From positions 1-31,348 of IMG/VR virus record IMGVR_UViG_3300010153_000051: a stretch of DNA of 31,348 bases; one strand, 5' to 3'. This DNA is from a virus (lineage: Duplodnaviria; Caudoviricetes). Positions 16,683-24,527 of this stretch are shown one piece after another (the first letter of the stretch is position 1; each line of letters opens with the position of its first letter). The notes under the pieces were generated by a model. It had not been told where the DNA came from, did not search any database, and was given only the letters and a program-made list of their open reading frames with translations. Position numbers and translations under genes: made by a program.

Positions 16683-16934
16683 ATGACTAAAAATTTTTTA
16701 GAAGAAGAAAAAGGAATAGAATTAATTAAAAAAATATATTCTTTTGATGATGATTTTATTATTAAGGAAGATTTGGATTTTATTTTATGGTATTGGGAAG
16801 ATAAAGAATTTAATTTTAATTTAGAACATATTGAAAGTTTCTTAAATAAAATGAAAGAAGAATTAAAAGAAAAAGAAGAGCAGTTAAAAGAATTAGAAAA
16901 TTATATTAATAACATAAAAAAGGAGTGTAAATAA
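16683..16934 (+). CDS. Small acidic coiled-coil early protein
   Basis: TAAGGA RBS. Confidence 0.7.
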   Translation: MTKNFLEEEKGIELIKKIYSFDDDFIIKEDLDFILWYWEDKEFNFNLEHIESFLNKMKEELKEKEEQLKELENYINNIKKECK

Positions 16935-17137
16935 TGACTAAAAAACATTATATAAAACTAGCGGAAACAATCAATAATAATACTAGATACGGAAATATTA
17001 GAGACGAGATTAAAAGGGTAATTGATTTAGATAATTTCTATAATGATTTAGTAATATTTTTAAAAGAAGATAACCCCAATTTTAATATTAATAAATTTTG
17101 GGAAGCGGTAAATAAAGACGCAATAATAACAGAATAA
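16934..17137 (+). CDS. Small early phage protein (MTKKHYIKLA...DNPNFNINKF type)
   Basis: AAGGAG RBS, TAATG overlap. Confidence 0.75.
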   Translation: MTKKHYIKLAETINNNTRYGNIRDEIKRVIDLDNFYNDLVIFLKEDNPNFNINKFWEAVNKDAIITE

Positions 17138-17144
17138 AATAAAT

Positions 17145-17172
17145 GGGAACTTTATTTATTGCACGGCGTGTA
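17145..17172 (+). promoter_or_regulatory. ECF-type promoter motif copy
   Basis: GGGAAC-TTTATTTATTGCACGG-CGTGTA. Confidence 0.7.
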
Positions 17173-17216
17173 ATTAGTAGAAATAATAATATTAATTAAA
17201 TTGAAAGAAGAAAAAA

Positions 17217-17462
17217 ATGAACTTAAAAGAAATGATTTTATCACTAGATATAAGTAATAACTTAAAAGCTATGTTATTAAATAGAGCTACTAAGCTTAGA
17301 GGCTCTAAAATAGTCATTGACGGCGATAATGTGGAGATTGTGAACAGAACCTACTCCGAACATAACAAAGGGCTTAACGGCCGTTATTATGTTACGAAGG
17401 TAATTAATACTAAGTGGCTTGATTTAGATTTTGATTATACTACCCCTATAATAATAAAATAG
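17217..17462 (+). CDS. Small early hypothetical protein
   Basis: ORF directly downstream of a promoter motif. Confidence 0.65.
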   Translation: MNLKEMILSLDISNNLKAMLLNRATKLRGSKIVIDGDNVEIVNRTYSEHNKGLNGRYYVTKVINTKWLDLDFDYTTPIIIK

Positions 17463-17471
17463 GGGTTCACT

Positions 17472-17491
17472 TGTGAATAACTTGTGGATAA
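17472..17491 (+). promoter_or_regulatory. Tandem DnaA-box pair
   Basis: TGTGAATAA-CT-TGTGGATAA, same format as 16300-16319. Confidence 0.7.
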
Positions 17492-17510
17492 ATAAAAACC
17501 TTATATATAT

Positions 17511-17538
17511 GGGAACTTTTATTAGTGGGCGTCGTGTT
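17511..17538 (+). promoter_or_regulatory. ECF-type promoter motif copy
   Basis: GGGAAC-TTTTATTAGTGGGCGT-CGTGTT. Confidence 0.7.
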
Positions 17539-17573
17539 ACTAATATAAGATAAATTAATAAATAGGATATACA

Positions 17574-17765
17574 ATGAAAATTAAAGATATTAAAATAAAT
17601 GATTGGTTCACATTAAAAGATATAGAAGAACCCAAAGAGGGCCAAGTGTGGGTGCGTAATCATTACGACAAGGAAACAAAGACATATTCAATTACTAATT
17701 GGAAGACACAAAAAGAAAGATTTGTTAAAGGTGATAGAATAGTATTTGTAGATTTTACATTTTAA
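17574..17765 (+). CDS. Small beta-rich early protein
   Basis: TAGGA RBS; QVWVRNHYDKETKTYSI. Confidence 0.7.
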   Translation: MKIKDIKINDWFTLKDIEEPKEGQVWVRNHYDKETKTYSITNWKTQKERFVKGDRIVFVDFTF

Positions 17766-17904
17766 TTATTATTGGCTACGGGTTGAGAACTTGAAATTTT
17801 CAACCCAATCCAAATTTTTCAACCTCCATTGTGACGGGGGGTATATGTAAATAAAACAAGCTTACACAAAATCGGCCAATTTTTTTAGGATATTTTTTTC
17901 ATCG

Positions 17905-18021
17905 TTAGGGAACCCTAATACTTCGGGTACCCTAATATGTAGTGTGGCTTGGGTACCCTAATACGGTAACCCTAATATGGAAACCCTAATACGGTAACCC
18001 TAATAGGGTAATACCCTAATA
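17905..18021. repeat. Array of seven ACCCTAATA repeats with embedded palindromes
   Basis: Copies start at 17912, 17929, 17955, 17969, 17983, 17997 and 18013. Confidence 0.9.
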
Positions 18022-18130
18022 CAGCCACCGAAAGAGCTTCTTTAAGATAAGGTATTATTTGTGATATTCCTAGAACTATTTACTACTTTTGTAATTATTA
18101 TGACTTTTTGAGAGTTTACAAAGATATTTA

Positions 18131-18160
18131 TTGTAAAGAGTCTAACAAGTATTATAAATT
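18131..18160 (+). promoter_or_regulatory. Possible sigma70-like late promoter
   Basis: TTGTAA-N18-TAAATT upstream of AAGGAG and the first late ORF; AT-rich context lowers significance. Confidence 0.35.
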
Positions 18161-18188
18161 CTAGTAAATCAAAGGAGACATCACTACA

Positions 18189-18380
18189 ATGAAAGATAAA
18201 ATAAAAGAACAAATAGAACAATACCAACAACAGTTTGAAGAACTTTCCAAAACAAGAGAAGAGCTTGTTGGTAAATTAAACGAGATAGCAGGAGCAATCG
18301 AGCAAGTGCGTGGTGCAGTTGCAGCATTGACAGCTCTTGAAGTAGAAGAACAACCAGCTGAAAAGAAAGATAAAAAATAA
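18189..18380 (+). CDS. Small coiled-coil protein
   Basis: Heptad pattern; AAGGAG upstream. Confidence 0.7.
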   Translation: MKDKIKEQIEQYQQQFEELSKTREELVGKLNEIAGAIEQVRGAVAALTALEVEEQPAEKKDKK

Positions 18381-18587
18381 ATGGAACTAGACAAAGGCAT
18401 AACACGTATTAAGCATTTAGTTAAAAGATTACGTGATGCTGAAGTATTTGCAGAAGAACCAGAAACTTTAGAGAACATCATCGAGTTGTTCCAAGTCGTA
18501 GAAGACTTAGATACACCTCAACAAATAGGTGCTGAAGAAATGTGGGGAAGTGCAGTAACTGAAGATGGCAAAAAAATTAAAGCATAA
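18381..18587 (+). CDS. Small acidic hypothetical protein
   Basis: Abuts the upstream stop. Confidence 0.65.
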   Translation: MELDKGITRIKHLVKRLRDAEVFAEEPETLENIIELFQVVEDLDTPQQIGAEEMWGSAVTEDGKKIKA

Positions 18588-19338
18588 AACAGCAATAGTA
18601 TTTCCTGATGTGCATTTTCCATTGCACGATGAGAAAGCATTATCTTGCGCATTACAAGCAATAGGGATAGTCAAGCCTGACATCTATGTCAACATAGGTG
18701 ATGTAGGTGAGTGGCATAACTTCTCAGCTTGGAAGTATAAAGGTAAGAAGCTACCTTCATTAGAATATCAAATACCACATTGTGACCAAGACATCGCAGA
18801 TGTTAATGCAGGTCTTGACATAATTGATGCAGAATTAGATAAGCATAAAGTAAAAGAACGCTATATGCTTCAAGGTAATCATGAGATATGGATGGATAAC
18901 TTTGTAGAAAAGTATCCCTACATGACTGATTACACCTTCCCTAAAGCGTGTCGATTAAAAGAGAGAGGGTATAAATACTATGAATACAATGTTCCTTTAA
19001 AGCTAGGAAAGATTAATTTTATTCATGGTACTTATGCAACTACCTACCATGCCAAAAAACATCTCGAGACATATGGAGCCAATATTATGTATGGGCACAC
19101 CCATGACATACAGAGACATTCACTAACAAAACTTGATGCAGGAACTATTGGTGCGTGGGGAATTGGATGTCTTAAAGATATGTCTCGAGAAAAAAACAAA
19201 TGGTTACGTGGCCGATTACATAATTGGAATCATGCTTTTAGTATCATTACCTTTTTCCCAGATGGGAACTTCCAAGTAGAAGTCATTGAAATATTCAAGG
19301 GCAAGTGCGTGGTATGGGGTAATGTTGTTAAAGGATAA
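18565..19338 (+). CDS. Calcineurin-like metallophosphoesterase
   Basis: All five motifs present: PDVH, GDVGE, GNHE, IHG, GHTH. Confidence 0.9.
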   Translation: MAKKLKHKTAIVFPDVHFPLHDEKALSCALQAIGIVKPDIYVNIGDVGEWHNFSAWKYKGKKLPSLEYQIPHCDQDIADVNAGLDIIDAELDKHKVKERYMLQGNHEIWMDNFVEKYPYMTDYTFPKACRLKERGYKYYEYNVPLKLGKINFIHGTYATTYHAKKHLETYGANIMYGHTHDIQRHSLTKLDAGTIGAWGIGCLKDMSREKNKWLRGRLHNWNHAFSIITFFPDGNFQVEVIEIFKGKCVVWGNVVKG

Positions 19339-20072
19339 TGTATAGACGTATCATCAAAGGAGTTCCTCGTTTCGTTTTTAATGACGAGAAAGAATTTAGA
19401 GAATCATATCCAGATGATAAACTTGTAAAAGATTGGAGAAAGGGAAAGCCTAACGACTGGGTATTAACTGATGACGGTAAAGTCACACAGATACTTAGGC
19501 GTAAGACAATGAAGAATACAACCATTAAAGCAATGGATGATTACTTCATTACCCTACTAGGTCCTTGTTTTAGTTCTGGCAAACTAGAAGGTACCCCTAA
19601 AAAAGATTACAACTCATTTAAAAAAAGAACTAACGTAGAAGAAAAGCCGTTGTCTTGGAGAGAAATTCGTTTTGTTAAAATGATAGCACACGGCGAAGCT
19701 CCCGTTCAAGCATACATAGAGTGCTTTGAAACAAATAATAAATCAACAGCGTCGGTAAAGTCATCGATACTGTTAAAACAAACAAGGATTAAAGAAGAAG
19801 TGGAAAAAGAAATAGAAGAATTACTGAGTGATATAGGTGTTGACAAGAGATGGACACTAGAAAAGGCTAGAGATATAGTTGATAATCCAGATACATCCGA
19901 TGCAGTTAAGCTTAGAGCATTGGAAAACTTTATGAAGATACAGAGTATGTATCCAAAAGAAAAGAAATCAGAGCAACTTTTACTTGGCCAAGCCTTTACA
20001 GGGTTTAGTAAAGATGAAATAATGCAATTAAGTGGAGTAAAGAAGATTGAAAGTGGAGAACAAGAAGATTAA
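19338..20072 (+). CDS. Putative terminase small subunit with N-terminal extra domain
   Basis: Directly upstream of TerL; C-terminal half (REIRFVK...QAYIECF...ILLKQTRIKEEV...DAVKLRALE) is TerS-like. Confidence 0.65.
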   Translation: MYRRIIKGVPRFVFNDEKEFRESYPDDKLVKDWRKGKPNDWVLTDDGKVTQILRRKTMKNTTIKAMDDYFITLLGPCFSSGKLEGTPKKDYNSFKKRTNVEEKPLSWREIRFVKMIAHGEAPVQAYIECFETNNKSTASVKSSILLKQTRIKEEVEKEIEELLSDIGVDKRWTLEKARDIVDNPDTSDAVKLRALENFMKIQSMYPKEKKSEQLLLGQAFTGFSKDEIMQLSGVKKIESGEQED

Positions 20073-21651
20073 TATTATCCCATCTGCTTCAGAAATGTCT
20101 CAAAGAGATGAGATATTAGCTAAAGCATATAAAGACTTAGTGTTTTTTGGTCGTGTATTCCTACCTCAAGACTTCTTACATAAGTCAGAAAGCCCTCAGT
20201 TCCACCACGACCTATCTAAAAAACTAATTCAACATAAGCCTGGTGCTCGTATTTGTAATGTAATACCTCGTGGTATGGGTAAGAGTATTTTATCTAAGGC
20301 TGCTATTATGCATAAGTTTCTATTTGCTCAAGAAGATAAACAAAACTTTGTGGCTTGGGTGTCAGAAGAGCAAGGCCAATCTGTTGACCATGTTAAATAT
20401 ATAAGACATCACTTTGAAGAAAACGAAATCATTCGATACTACTTTGGTAATATGGATGGTGGTTCTGTTGGAAAGAGATGGACTGAAAAAGATATTGTAA
20501 CTCCTAAGGGGGATAGAATTATAGCTAAGGGTTCTGCCCAAAGACTTCGTGGTAGAGCAGAAGTTGGAGTTCGTTATACTGGTATTATCCTTGATGACTT
20601 TGAATCAGAGTTAAATACCAAGACACCAGATAGAAGAGCAGAGCTAAAGAAGTGGATTGTATCTACGGTGTTTCCATCGCTAGAAGAAACTCCTGGTAAT
20701 GAAGGTTGGATTTGGTTAACTGGTACTATCGTACATTACGATGCATTCTTACAAAACATTGTTGATGGATATAATGATGCTATGAATCACAACAGAAGTT
20801 ATCCATGGGACTTAACATTCCACAGAGCTATAGAAGATGGTAAGCCATTATGGAAAGACCAGTTCCCTTTATCCAAACTAGAAAATAAACGAAGAGAGTT
20901 TATAGAAGCAGGGCTAGTAAATAAATTTGCGCAAGAGTATATGAACGATGCAAGAGACTCAGCGTCTGCTGCATTCAAGGTAGATAGGATACAGTATTAC
21001 AATCACAAGTTTGAAGTAAGAAATAATTTTTGTTACTTAGTAGACAACAACGAAGCAATACCAATCAATGTTTACATTGGTGTTGACCTTGCTGCTACCG
21101 CAACAAAGACATCAGACTACCAAGTAATTATGGTAATGGGTATAGATGCAAATAAAAATAGATACATCTTAGAATACTTTAGAGAAAAGATACCAGCGTT
21201 TGATATGGCAGAAGAGATTGTTAAGATGGCTAGGAAGTATTCCCCAGTAAGAAGAGTAAGTATTGAAACTGTTGCAGCACAGGAAATGGTTAGAGATATG
21301 ACAAGTAGAATATCTGTAGCCGATAAAAGATTAATGCCTGGTATCTTCAAAGGTGTCAAACCACCTTACGGTATTAAGAAGGAAGACAGGCTAGAGACTA
21401 CACTAGGACCAATAGTCAATTCAAAGAAGCTTTATATTAAAAAACATATGACTGAGATAGTAGATGAGTTGTTTGAACACCCTAAACCAAAGAACGATGA
21501 CTTGATGGATGGCTTGTATTATGCAGATTATTTTGCAAAAGCACCAAGTAGTACAGTTATAGAAGCTAAAAATTTAACAGATAAATTAGGAAAGCAAGTT
21601 AATATAAAGAAAAACAAGGTTTATAACTGGATAACAGGTAGTATTGACTGA
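20047..21651 (+). CDS. terL: Terminase large subunit
   Basis: Walker A PRGMGKS, Walker B IILDDFE, coupling motif TGT, FAQEYMN, nuclease GVDLA and DDLMDG; start could be GTG 20053. Confidence 0.95.
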   Translation: MKVENKKINIIPSASEMSQRDEILAKAYKDLVFFGRVFLPQDFLHKSESPQFHHDLSKKLIQHKPGARICNVIPRGMGKSILSKAAIMHKFLFAQEDKQNFVAWVSEEQGQSVDHVKYIRHHFEENEIIRYYFGNMDGGSVGKRWTEKDIVTPKGDRIIAKGSAQRLRGRAEVGVRYTGIILDDFESELNTKTPDRRAELKKWIVSTVFPSLEETPGNEGWIWLTGTIVHYDAFLQNIVDGYNDAMNHNRSYPWDLTFHRAIEDGKPLWKDQFPLSKLENKRREFIEAGLVNKFAQEYMNDARDSASAAFKVDRIQYYNHKFEVRNNFCYLVDNNEAIPINVYIGVDLAATATKTSDYQVIMVMGIDANKNRYILEYFREKIPAFDMAEEIVKMARKYSPVRRVSIETVAAQEMVRDMTSRISVADKRLMPGIFKGVKPPYGIKKEDRLETTLGPIVNSKKLYIKKHMTEIVDELFEHPKPKNDDLMDGLYYADYFAKAPSSTVIEAKNLTDKLGKQVNIKKNKVYNWITGSID

Positions 21652-21657
21652 TAGTTC

Positions 21658-21687
21658 TTGCTGACAGATTAACAAATTGTGTAAATT
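21658..21687 (+). promoter_or_regulatory. Possible sigma70-like promoter upstream of portal
   Basis: TTGCTG-N18-TAAATT, same format as 18131-18160. Confidence 0.35.
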
Positions 21688-21724
21688 ATCAGACGATAAA
21701 TCACATCTTTTTCTAGGAAAACAC

Positions 21725-23755
21725 ATGGAATATGACAAAAGAGCACTGACTAACCAAGAACTATTTGATAGATATAAGAACGATAGACAGTCTTGGGAGC
21801 TAGATGCTAGACAAGATTTAGATTTTTATCTTGGGAATCACTTTACGGAACTAGAGTCTAGTGAATTAGCTTCACGTAACCAGGCAGATGTCCCTATGGA
21901 CAGAATATCTCCTGCAGTTGAAAGACTTAAAAGTATGCTTACTGCTAGGCCTCCTGCTTTTACAGTAGTTCCTAGAGAAGATTCAGATACATCATTAGCC
22001 TATCTTTGGAGAGAGGTTATGGGATTTGCCTGGCAGAACTCTGAAGGAGACTCTCAGGTTAAACAAGCCATACACGATTATTGTGTGGTAGGTCTTGGTT
22101 TTTTATACGCATACATAGACTATGATTCTGATTTTGGAAAAGGAGATATTAAGTTTTCATACCTTGACCCCTTTAGAGTCTATGTACCTGCTTCTTCCAG
22201 AGATAGATTTTTTACAGACGCAGATAATATTATCTTATCTACAGTATTAACAGAGACACAAGTTTTAAATTTATATCCAGAGCTGGGTACAAGTGTAGAC
22301 CCAGAAACAGGTGAGGAGATTGACCCATTAATAAATACAATCTCTGGCTACTCTGAAGATGATTACCCTTCAAACATAAATAAGAACTCTTTAAATACGT
22401 ATACTCCTGATACGGTCAGAGGATACACAGAACAAAACTATAAACGTTTTCAAATTTTAGAAAGGTTTACAAAAGTTAAAGTTCCCTTCTATCGTTTGCT
22501 AGATAATCAAAATGGTAAAGAGTTTATTGTTGATGAAGCAGACTTTAGAATTTTCCTAGAAGAGAATAAGAAGTTAGTAGAGCAAGGTAAGGTAGATATA
22601 GTACAAGTATATCAGAATAGAATTAAAGTGATTGCAAGTATTGGTGAGGTAGTGTTATATGAAACAACTCTTAACACAGATGTTTACCCTATAATACCGA
22701 TTGCAAACGTTTGGACTCAAACTCCTTATCCTCGTTCTGATGTCTCCAGAGCAAGACCAATGCAACGTTTGTTAAACAAGTTATGGTCCTTAGCACTATC
22801 TCACGCCCAAGCATCAGCAGGATTAAAACTGTTGGTTCCAATGGGAAGTGTAGAAAATATTTCTCAATTAGAAAAAGATTGGGCAAACCCTAATGCTGTT
22901 ATAGAAGTAGACTCATCACAAGGTGAGCCTCACTATCCAGCACCTCAACCTTTAACTGGTGAGTTCTATAGGCTTATACAACAGTGTGAGTTTTATATAA
23001 ACTTTATATTTGGTATACCAGAAATTATGCAGGGAGTAGGAGACCAGCCAACAACTGCAAGAGGAACAGAAAGAATTATAGCTTTAGGTAGTGAAAGACC
23101 TAAATCAAAGCTAAGAGATGTAGAGTTTAGTATTAAAAGACTAGGTAAAGTTATGTACAACTATGCTAAAACACACTATGATGTGCCTAAACTAATGCGT
23201 TTAGTGCAACCTAATAATGATATTACTGAACAAATGGCACAAATATATACAGATAAAACAAGAGTTGTGTTTGATTTAAAGAAAGATAAACACAATTTAG
23301 AACAACATGATGTAGGTATAGAGTCTGGTTCTACATTGCCTACAAGTAAATACGCAGAGTTAGCTGTGTATATGGAAGCATTTCAAATGGGATTAGTAGA
23401 CCAGGTAGAAGTATTAAAGAAAAATCCAGACATATTTGATAAAGAAGGAATTTTATCTCGTATGAATCAAAGAGCAGCTATGGAACAACAAATGGCTGGT
23501 ATGGATGAAACAATAAAGAATTTACAGGGAGACCTGCAAACGGCTACAAGAGAATCAATATCCGATAGAAAACGTACTGAAGTTGAGAAATTTAAGACAC
23601 GTTTAAAAGATATTGAAACTAGTGCCACTGCCGATAGGCGCATAAGTAAAAACAAGTTAAACGATAAGGTGTTGCTAGAACTTGAGAAATTACGTGGAGA
23701 ACTTAAAGTCGTAGAGGCTGAAGTCAAACGTAGTTCTACTCAACAAGAGAACTAG
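21725..23755 (+). CDS. Portal protein (P22-like, C-terminal coiled-coil barrel)
   Basis: Follows TerL; DFYLGNH, VPREDSD, DPFRVY, MQRLLNK; helical C-terminus; start re-assigned to ATG 21725 after AGGA. Confidence 0.88.
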   Translation: MEYDKRALTNQELFDRYKNDRQSWELDARQDLDFYLGNHFTELESSELASRNQADVPMDRISPAVERLKSMLTARPPAFTVVPREDSDTSLAYLWREVMGFAWQNSEGDSQVKQAIHDYCVVGLGFLYAYIDYDSDFGKGDIKFSYLDPFRVYVPASSRDRFFTDADNIILSTVLTETQVLNLYPELGTSVDPETGEEIDPLINTISGYSEDDYPSNINKNSLNTYTPDTVRGYTEQNYKRFQILERFTKVKVPFYRLLDNQNGKEFIVDEADFRIFLEENKKLVEQGKVDIVQVYQNRIKVIASIGEVVLYETTLNTDVYPIIPIANVWTQTPYPRSDVSRARPMQRLLNKLWSLALSHAQASAGLKLLVPMGSVENISQLEKDWANPNAVIEVDSSQGEPHYPAPQPLTGEFYRLIQQCEFYINFIFGIPEIMQGVGDQPTTARGTERIIALGSERPKSKLRDVEFSIKRLGKVMYNYAKTHYDVPKLMRLVQPNNDITEQMAQIYTDKTRVVFDLKKDKHNLEQHDVGIESGSTLPTSKYAELAVYMEAFQMGLVDQVEVLKKNPDIFDKEGILSRMNQRAAMEQQMAGMDETIKNLQGDLQTATRESISDRKRTEVEKFKTRLKDIETSATADRRISKNKLNDKVLLELEKLRGELKVVEAEVKRSSTQQEN

Positions 23756-23776
23756 ACATCAAAGGAGATTAATAAT

Positions 23777-24514
23777 ATGAGTAATGAAACATCAATGACC
23801 GATACTCAAGCTGTGGAATCTATGGATACGGTTCAAGCTGAGGGACAACAAGAAGGTACTTTAGAAGGAAATGCAATGGATTGGCAAAAAGAAGCTAAGA
23901 AGTTTCAGTCTATGTATGACAAGGCTGTTACTGACAAGAAACACTTAGACCAGTATAAACCATTAGTAAACTTACTAGAGCAAAGACCTGACCTTGTAGA
24001 AACCTTAAGAGATAATATTGTTGGAAATAATGGTGCAACAAAAAAAGCTGAAGCAAAACAGCTTAACGAAGACGAGTTCAATCCGTGGGATGCGTACAAT
24101 AAACCTGGCTCAGAATCATACGAGTTTCGTGTGAAAGAAGAAGAAGCTAGAATAAATAATGCAGTAAGCAGTGCTATGAGAGGGCAAGAGCAAAAACAAT
24201 TTGTTGCTCAAACCGTAAACAAACTAGAGAATCAATTTGGTATGAACAGAGATGAAGTGCAGGAATTTATGCAATTTGCTCAACAGCCAAAAGATAATGT
24301 TCCACTTGATAACCTAGTCAAGTTATTTAAAATGAATAAGGGTGAATATAAAGAACCTATTATTCAAAAACCTGACACAAGTAATCAAGCTAGAACAGCT
24401 GGAGTTTTACAGGGGGGAGTAGCTCCTACTAAATCTGAACAAGATGGAATGTGGGACCAAATTCTTAATGCATCTCAATCTGGTAGTATTGGTAAAACAA
24501 TAATAAAAAAATAA
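23777..24514 (+). CDS. Capsid scaffolding protein
   Basis: Between portal and capsid genes; acidic and helical; KKFQSMYDK. Confidence 0.7.
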   Translation: MSNETSMTDTQAVESMDTVQAEGQQEGTLEGNAMDWQKEAKKFQSMYDKAVTDKKHLDQYKPLVNLLEQRPDLVETLRDNIVGNNGATKKAEAKQLNEDEFNPWDAYNKPGSESYEFRVKEEEARINNAVSSAMRGQEQKQFVAQTVNKLENQFGMNRDEVQEFMQFAQQPKDNVPLDNLVKLFKMNKGEYKEPIIQKPDTSNQARTAGVLQGGVAPTKSEQDGMWDQILNASQSGSIGKTIIKK

Positions 24515-24527
24515 ATAGGAGAATACA

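Noticed and set aside
10282-17538. GTTCCCAACTAT repeats as a CRISPR array or integron attC sites
   Set aside because: Spacing is irregular (77 bp to 2.8 kb), orientation flips with transcription, there is no palindromic attC structure or integrase, and the fixed N16-CGT partner indicates promoters
17905-18021. Eukaryotic telomere contamination or mini-CRISPR
   Set aside because: Units are 14-26 bp with interspersed bases rather than pure TTAGGG runs, spacers are too short, and the flanks are continuous phage sequence
19264-19291. Other GGGAAC hexamers (near 1320, 17908 and 19264)
   Set aside because: Inside coding sequence or the repeat array, and lacking the N16-CGT element
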